In this document: in pieces, positions 58,499 to 64,000 of the stretch | Layout: each line of letters starts with the position of its first letter | Position numbering within the stretch: the stretch's first letter is position 1 | DNA from: Deltaproteobacteria bacterium | Lineage (GTDB): Bacteria > Desulfobacterota_D > UBA1144 > Nemesobacterales > CSP1-2 | DNA: 64,000 nucleotides | Reading direction: 5' to 3' | NCBI GenBank assembly: GCA_052390235.1 | Contig: JBQTHB010000006.1 | Span: forward strand, 96,001 to 160,000 | Position numbers and translations under genes: made by a program | The notes under the pieces: generated by a model | Databases searched by the model: none | The model's input: only the letters and a program-made list of their open reading frames with translations | Told to the model about the DNA's origin: nothing

Positions 58499-59587
58499 CT
58501 ACGCCCGGCTGAGTTGATAGAGCAGGTTTTTCAGGTGCTTCGAGCCTGAAATCTCAATCCGGCTTTTAATCTCAATCCAGTTCCCTAGCGAGCTTCTGAG
58601 AAACACATTGACAATTTCGGGGTCGAACTGCGTGCCTGATGATTTGGCTATCTCTTCTATAGCCTTGCCAAAGGGCATGGCTTTTCTATATGGGCGGTCG
58701 CTTGTCATGGCGTCTAGGGCGTCAATCACCGAAAATATCCTCGCTCCGATGGGGATTTGCTCGCCCGCAAGCCCGCCGTTGTATCCCCTGCCGTCAAAGC
58801 GCTCGTGATGGGTAAGCACAATTTTCGCGGACGGCTCAAGGAACTCTATCTGCTTTAAAATGTTATAGCCCGAAACGGGATGAGTCCTCATGACCTGCCA
58901 CTCGTCTTTAGTTAGCTCTCCGGGTTTGAGCAAAATGGAGTCGGGAATGCCTATTTTGCCGATGTCGTGCAGGAGCGCTCCCATCGCAATCACGGACAGG
59001 TCGGCGCTGGAGAGGCTCATCTGCTTGGCGAGGTTAATGGCGTATTCAGTCACCCTGTAGGAGTGATGGCTCGTTCCGTGTTCCCTGAGGTCGAGCGTGA
59101 GAACTAGCGCCTCAAGGGTGTCCGAGTAGATGCCGACGAGCTTTTTAGTCTGCTGAATCACTTTTTTTTCGAGATTTTCCTGATAATCGCGGTTTTCTCT
59201 GATGAGTCTCGACCTCTCGGCGGCGCGCCCGATGACGGCTTTAACCTCGTCAACGTCGAAGGGCTTGAATATGTAGTCGTAAGCCCCTTCCCGTAGGGCG
59301 AGCCTCAAATCTTCGGTGTCTCTGGACGCGGAGACCATTATAGGGGAAACCCCAGAATGAGATTTGAGCCTTATCAGAGTTTGGAGTCCGTTTAAATTGG
59401 GCATGTGAATATCCAAAAGCACGATAGTTATCTCTGCGTCCGATGAGATTTTCTCAAGGCACTCGGCGCCGTCTTTGGCCGTACCGCAGTCATGGCCCAT
59501 CTCTTCGAGTATATCGTTGAGGAGGGATCTTATAATCTCTTCGTCGTCTACAATGAGTATTTTTTCTCTGCTGCGCAAAACCGGCAT
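58499..59587 (-). CDS. Response regulator with HD-GYP phosphodiesterase domain (RpfG-like)
   Basis: REC: VDDE, LLDIHMP, KPF; HD-GYP: HSYRV, LHDIGK, HHERFDGRGY, DAMTSDRPYR. Confidence 0.92.
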   Translation of the reverse strand: MPVLRSREKILIVDDEEIIRSLLNDILEEMGHDCGTAKDGAECLEKISSDAEITIVLLDIHMPNLNGLQTLIRLKSHSGVSPIMVSASRDTEDLRLALREGAYDYIFKPFDVDEVKAVIGRAAERSRLIRENRDYQENLEKKVIQQTKKLVGIYSDTLEALVLTLDLREHGTSHHSYRVTEYAINLAKQMSLSSADLSVIAMGALLHDIGKIGIPDSILLKPGELTKDEWQVMRTHPVSGYNILKQIEFLEPSAKIVLTHHERFDGRGYNGGLAGEQIPIGARIFSVIDALDAMTSDRPYRKAMPFGKAIEEIAKSSGTQFDPEIVNVFLRSSLGNWIEIKSRIEISGSKHLKNLLYQLSRA

Positions 59588-59823
59588 CCTGCTAAGTAGT
59601 TATCTCGGGTCAACTTTAGTTTTACAACGCATTTGTGCTTTTTTCAATAGAATGGGCTAAGAATTTGGGTATTTCAATCCTCAATAAAGACCCCGAAGCC
59701 CGCGCGCAAAAAGAGCGAACACCCAGCAATATCATTGCCCGCCTCGTCTTTGACATTTTAACTTGAATATGTAAAATGCCTGTTCCTGTTAACGAATTCT
59801 TAATAAAGAGAGAGGATGGAATA

Positions 59824-60228
59824 TTGAAGGCCCTAGGGAGGCATCTTCTAGTGGAATACCACGGGTGTAACCCTCAAACATTGAACAACTTGGAGAAGAT
59901 TCAAGCGTTTATGGTTGAAGCCGCTTCCCAGTGCGGAGCTACAGTGCTTGGGAGCTCGTTTCACTATTTCTCCCCTCAGGGCGTGAGCGGCGTAGTGGTC
60001 ATTGCTGAGTCCCATCTATCCATTCACACTTGGCCCGAATACGAGTATGCGGCCGTAGATGTGTTTACCTGCGGCGGAACGGTTGACCCTTGGGCGGCTT
60101 TTCATTATCTAAAATCGGCGCTGGACTCAAGCGAGAGTTCCGCAAGAGACCTCCGGCGAGGAGAGATTTCCCCTCAAACCGAGAGGCAGGCAAGGAAGCG
60201 AAAACTCCAGTCCATAAAAGCGGACTAG
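59824..60228 (+). CDS. speD: S-adenosylmethionine decarboxylase proenzyme
   Basis: [41 protein letters not shown] 59824 with GAGG upstream. Confidence 0.92.
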   Translation: MKALGRHLLVEYHGCNPQTLNNLEKIQAFMVEAASQCGATVLGSSFHYFSPQGVSGVVVIAESHLSIHTWPEYEYAAVDVFTCGGTVDPWAAFHYLKSALDSSESSARDLRRGEISPQTERQARKRKLQSIKAD

Positions 60229-60360
60229 CAATCGGCGCGCCCCCCTGCAATCCCACCAGAGCGAAGCCCCGGGCAATAGCATCCTATCCTGAATTAGAAT
60301 TGAGTAAAATCGCGAAAAGGAGGGAAACGTCCGTGCGAGTCCCCCGCCTTTATTGGGGTT

Positions 60361-60690
60361 TTATATAACTTTTAGAATCAGTTTTTCAATTTCGGATTTG
60401 GGCACAGCCCCCACGACCTGATGCTGAGCCTTGCCGTCTTTGAACACTATGAGAGTGGGAATGCTTCTTATGCCGAATTTCGTTGTAATCTGCTGGTTTT
60501 GGTCAACATTGACCTTGCCCACTTTGACCCTGCCCGAATAGGAGGTTGCAATTTCGTCAACCACCGGGGCAAGCGCTCTGCACGGGCCGCACCACGGAGC
60601 CCAGAAATCCACAAGCACGGGCGTTTCGCTCTTTAGAACCTCGGCTTCAAAGGTCGAATCCTGAATCTCAATTATTTCTGCGCTTGCCAT
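60361..60690 (-). CDS. trxA: Thioredoxin
   Basis: [26 protein letters not shown]. Confidence 0.96.
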   Translation of the reverse strand: MASAEIIEIQDSTFEAEVLKSETPVLVDFWAPWCGPCRALAPVVDEIATSYSGRVKVGKVNVDQNQQITTKFGIRSIPTLIVFKDGKAQHQVVGAVPKSEIEKLILKVI

Positions 60691-60822
60691 TTAAGTATGA
60701 CCTCTCCTTAAATTTATTAGAATTGAACGTGCCATGTATTATAGTCGTTTGAGTCGGCGATGCAAGTATCACGAGGGTCTTAACGGATTTTTAACTTATC
60801 AAAAGAGGTAGAACTCAAGTAA

Positions 60823-62049
60823 ATGACTCTGCGCTCGCTTTATGTGGATTTCAACTCATATTTTGCCTCTGTAGAGCAGGAGGAAAACCCCGCCCTGCGC
60901 GGCAGACCCGTCGGGGTCGTGCCAGTTGAAGCCGAAACGACCTGCTTCATTGCCGCAAGCTACGAGGCAAAAAAGTTCGGCGTCCGAACCGGCACACGCG
61001 TCGCCAAGGGGAGAGTGCTCTGCCCCGGCATCCGCATAATTCCAGCTCGTCCAGCGATTTATGTACAGTACCACCGAAGACTCGTCGAGGCGGTTGAATC
61101 TTGCATCCCCGTTGAGAGAGTCCTGTCAATTGACGAGATGTACTGCGAGCTTACCGGAAGCTCCCAACATCGGGAACGCGCCCTTGCCATCGCCGCTCTC
61201 ATCAAAAAAACCGTAGCCCAGAGAGTAGGGGTACATCTTCGCTCATCCATAGGCATCGCCCCAAACGTGTATCTCGCTAAAACGGCAACCGATATGCAAA
61301 AGCCCGACGGATGCGTTGTAATTGACGATGCGGATTTGCCCGGTTGTCTCTACCGGCTCAATCTCACAGACCTGTGCGGCGTTGGAGCGGCAATGGAGAG
61401 TCGTCTGAATAGATTGGGCATAAGAAGCGTTAAAGAGCTATGTGAAGCCGAGCGGGGGGTATTAAAAAAGGCGTGGGGAGGGATCGAAGGAGAGCGGATG
61501 TATGAGCGTATCAGGGGGAAAACCCATCATCCCGCGCCCGCTTCCCAGAAATCAACCCTCGGACACTCGCATATGCTTCCCCCGGAACTGCGCTCTGGCG
61601 AAGGGGCGAGCGCGGCGCTATATAAATTAATCCAGAAAGCGGCGGCGAGGCTTAGGAGTTACGGTCTTTTGGCGGGGAGGCTGTCCATTGCGCTGAAAGA
61701 TGTAAACGGCGGCGTATGGGAGGATGAAATCCGCTTCGAGCCAACCGCCGATACGCTCGAATTTTTAACCGCCCTCAAGAGCGCAATGGCTAAACGTCCG
61801 AGGACGAAAATAGCCCCGCTGAAAGTCTCAGTTACGCTCTCGAATCTCGGCGAGGCAAAAAATCGCCAGCTTCTACTTTTCAGCGACTGCCGGAATCGGG
61901 AAAACCTCAACGCCGCAATTGACAGCATTAATCTGCGCTACGGGGCAAATACCGTATATTTCGGCGGCGCGTCGCTTGGACTGAATGCCGCTCCCATGAG
62001 AATCGCCTTTAACCACATCCCGGATTTAAGCATCGAGGGCGATGACTAG
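60823..62049 (+). CDS. Y-family (DinB/UmuC-like) DNA polymerase
   Basis: YVDFNSYFASVE, AASYEAKKFGV, SIDE, LAKTATDMQKPDG, IDSINLRYG. Confidence 0.9.
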   Translation: MTLRSLYVDFNSYFASVEQEENPALRGRPVGVVPVEAETTCFIAASYEAKKFGVRTGTRVAKGRVLCPGIRIIPARPAIYVQYHRRLVEAVESCIPVERVLSIDEMYCELTGSSQHRERALAIAALIKKTVAQRVGVHLRSSIGIAPNVYLAKTATDMQKPDGCVVIDDADLPGCLYRLNLTDLCGVGAAMESRLNRLGIRSVKELCEAERGVLKKAWGGIEGERMYERIRGKTHHPAPASQKSTLGHSHMLPPELRSGEGASAALYKLIQKAAARLRSYGLLAGRLSIALKDVNGGVWEDEIRFEPTADTLEFLTALKSAMAKRPRTKIAPLKVSVTLSNLGEAKNRQLLLFSDCRNRENLNAAIDSINLRYGANTVYFGGASLGLNAAPMRIAFNHIPDLSIEGDD

Positions 62050-62154
62050 CGAGAGGTACCGAGGCGGAGGGCGGGGAATGTGCGGGCTGGATACGAAATA
62101 CCGCTCAATCCGAAAGGGGCGCGGATTCGGGAATTTCGAGGGAATTACGCAGAC

Positions 62155-62182
62155 TTGCAACATCTCTTCTATTTGATATAAT
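62155..62182 (+). promoter_or_regulatory. Sigma70-type promoter upstream of hppA
   Basis: TTGCAA-16 bp-TATAAT with extended TG. Confidence 0.6.
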
Positions 62183-62365
62183 TGTTCGGCTCTAAAAGTC
62201 CGGCGGAGCGGTTTTGCGCATAATTAATACTGGGCCGAGCCGGGTACGCGCAGATTAATAGCCCTCATCCTAATAAAAATCCTAGAGACTAAACGTGTGC
62301 GGCGAATATAACCATTTGAGAAATTCTAATAAGTTATCAAATAACTGACTTAAGGAGGATGAGAG

Positions 62366-64000
62366 ATGGAAGTTGACCAGTTGTCGCTTGTGATAGTGCT
62401 TGTCATAAGCCTGATAGCGCTCAGTTTCGCGGGCTTTTTAGCCAGATACGTGCTTAGCCAAGATACAGGAACGTCGGCGATGCAGGAGATAAGTAACGCC
62501 ATCAAGGAAGGGGCCGAGGCGTTTATGAAGAGGCAGTACTCGACGATTGTCCTAATGAGTGTTGCCCTTGGCGCGATTATCTTCTTACTTCTCTATTCAT
62601 TTGCGAAAGGGGATGCGTCGCTCGCCTGGCGGACGACAGTTGCCTTTTTCTTCGGCGCGGGTTGTTCCGGTCTTGCCGGATATATAGGTATGTATATCTC
62701 GATTAGGTCGAATATACGCACGGCAAGCGCCGTAAGGTCGAGTCTCGACAAGGCGCTTAAGGTCGCTTTCCGCGGAGGCGCAGTGTCAGGGGTTACAATT
62801 GTCGCCCTGAGTCTCCTCGGCGTGGGAACTCTGTTTGTTCTATTCGGAGGGATGGCTGAGGACGCCGAGGCGGCAAAGAGAGTGCCATATATGCTCGTTG
62901 GATACGGCTTCGGCGCGAGCTTCGTCGCCCTTTTCGCTCAATTAGGGGGCGGAATCTACACGAAAGCCGCTGACGTGGGCGCGGACTTGGTCGGAAAAGT
63001 AGAAGCCGGAATCCCTGAGGATGACCCCAGAAACCCCGCCGTAATTGCGGACTTGGTCGGGGATAACGTCGGCGACTGTGCCGGGCGCGGAGCGGATTTA
63101 TTCGAGTCCACAGCGGCTGAGAACATCGGGGCTATGATATTGGGAGTCGCCCTTTTTCCCGTCTTCGGCATCAATGGGATATTTTTCCCGCTCGTAACAG
63201 GGGCATTCGGTCTTTTAGGGAGCATGGTCGCAATCATGTCCGTAGGGCTTAAGGACGAGAAAGAAGACCCGATGTCGGCCCTGAACAGGGGATACTACAT
63301 CGCCTGCGCCCTTGCCGCAGTGGGATTTTATATCGCCACGTACCTGCTCCTCGATAACAATATGTGGCTCTTTATCGCAGGGCTTATAGGCATCATCACG
63401 AGCATCATGTTTGTCTATATCACTCAATACTACACCGAATACAAGTACCGCCCGGTGCAATTCATAGCCGAAGCCTCGCAAACGGGCCCAGCCACTAACA
63501 TCATCGCCGGTATTTCCATCGGCTTGGAATGCACGGCGCTTCCGGTGCTTGCCATATCCATAGCGCTTATCAGCTCATTTTACTGCGGCGTTCAGGGATT
63601 GGTCGGCTTTGAAGGCGTATCCTCTGCAAGCGCGGGGCTCTACGGCACGGCTATCGCCACAATGGGAATGCTCGGCACGGCGGCGTACATCCTCGCCATG
63701 GATACTTTCGGTCCCATCACGGACAACGCCGGCGGTATTGTCGAGATGAGCAATCAGCCCGAAGAGGTGAGGCGTAAAACCGACAGGCTCGACTCAGTGG
63801 GAAACACGACCAAAGCCCTTACAAAGGGCTACGCCATCGGCTCGGCGGCGCTTGCGGCATTCCTGCTGTTCTCGGCTTACTTAGACGAGATAGCCCACCT
63901 CACCGGAAAGGCTTTCGATACGGTCAATTTGGCTAAAGTCGAGGTGTTCGTAGGGGGGCTTTTGGGGGCGATGCTCGTATTCCTGTTCAGCGCGTTCGCC
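62366..64000 (+). CDS. hppA: Membrane-bound pyrophosphatase, K+-independent H+-translocating type (3' end runs off the window)
   Basis: Not in the ORF track. ATG 62366 (AAGGAGG SD) gives MEVDQLSLV...MQEISNAIKEGA...GGGIYTKAADVGADLVGKVEAGIPEDDPRN...DNVGD...GNTTKALTKG. Confidence 0.94.
   Translation, partial: MEVDQLSLVIVLVISLIALSFAGFLARYVLSQDTGTSAMQEISNAIKEGAEAFMKRQYSTIVLMSVALGAIIFLLLYSFAKGDASLAWRTTVAFFFGAGCSGLAGYIGMYISIRSNIRTASAVRSSLDKALKVAFRGGAVSGVTIVALSLLGVGTLFVLFGGMAEDAEAAKRVPYMLVGYGFGASFVALFAQLGGGIYTKAADVGADLVGKVEAGIPEDDPRNPAVIADLVGDNVGDCAGRGADLFESTAAENIGAMILGVALFPVFGINGIFFPLVTGAFGLLGSMVAIMSVGLKDEKEDPMSALNRGYYIACALAAVGFYIATYLLLDNNMWLFIAGLIGIITSIMFVYITQYYTEYKYRPVQFIAEASQTGPATNIIAGISIGLECTALPVLAISIALISSFYCGVQGLVGFEGVSSASAGLYGTAIATMGMLGTAAYILAMDTFGPITDNAGGIVEMSNQPEEVRRKTDRLDSVGNTTKALTKGYAIGSAALAAFLLFSAYLDEIAHLTGKAFDTVNLAKVEVFVGGLLGAMLVFLFSAFA

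Overview
A 64 kb piece of bacterial chromosome, moderately GC-rich and gene-dense. Gene content looks deltaproteobacteria-like, but taxonomy cannot be established from the sequence alone. Most of it is housekeeping and envelope genes: hisC (partial), a JAB-domain DinG helicase, rnr, rarA, IHF, TerC, TonB, purM, purE, a cyclophilin, ruvX, lemA/DUF2207, tsaC, a complete pstSCAB-arsC-phoU operon with a Pho-box-like array, two secreted subtilases, a YdbH/YdbL-like pair, ilvD, speD, trxA, a Y-family polymerase and hppA (partial), plus tRNA-Ser(CGA) and tRNA-Met(CAT). The most notable signals are: (1) an AT-rich controller-endonuclease-methyltransferase islet after tRNA-Ser in which all three genes carry +1 frameshifts; (2) a second MTase + putative endonuclease + EVE locus whose endonuclease appears to start at ATA; (3) strong window-wide GATC depletion; (4) two nested REP/REPIN-like palindrome clusters with no cognate mobiliser gene in the window; (5) a KDPG-aldolase homologue lacking its catalytic residues; (6) a divergent GMC oxidoreductase / FG-GAP lipoprotein / foldase / Tat small-subunit module; (7) repeated leaderless-type gene starts. 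No CRISPR array, integrase or transposase was seen. All family assignments come from motif recognition, not from database searches.
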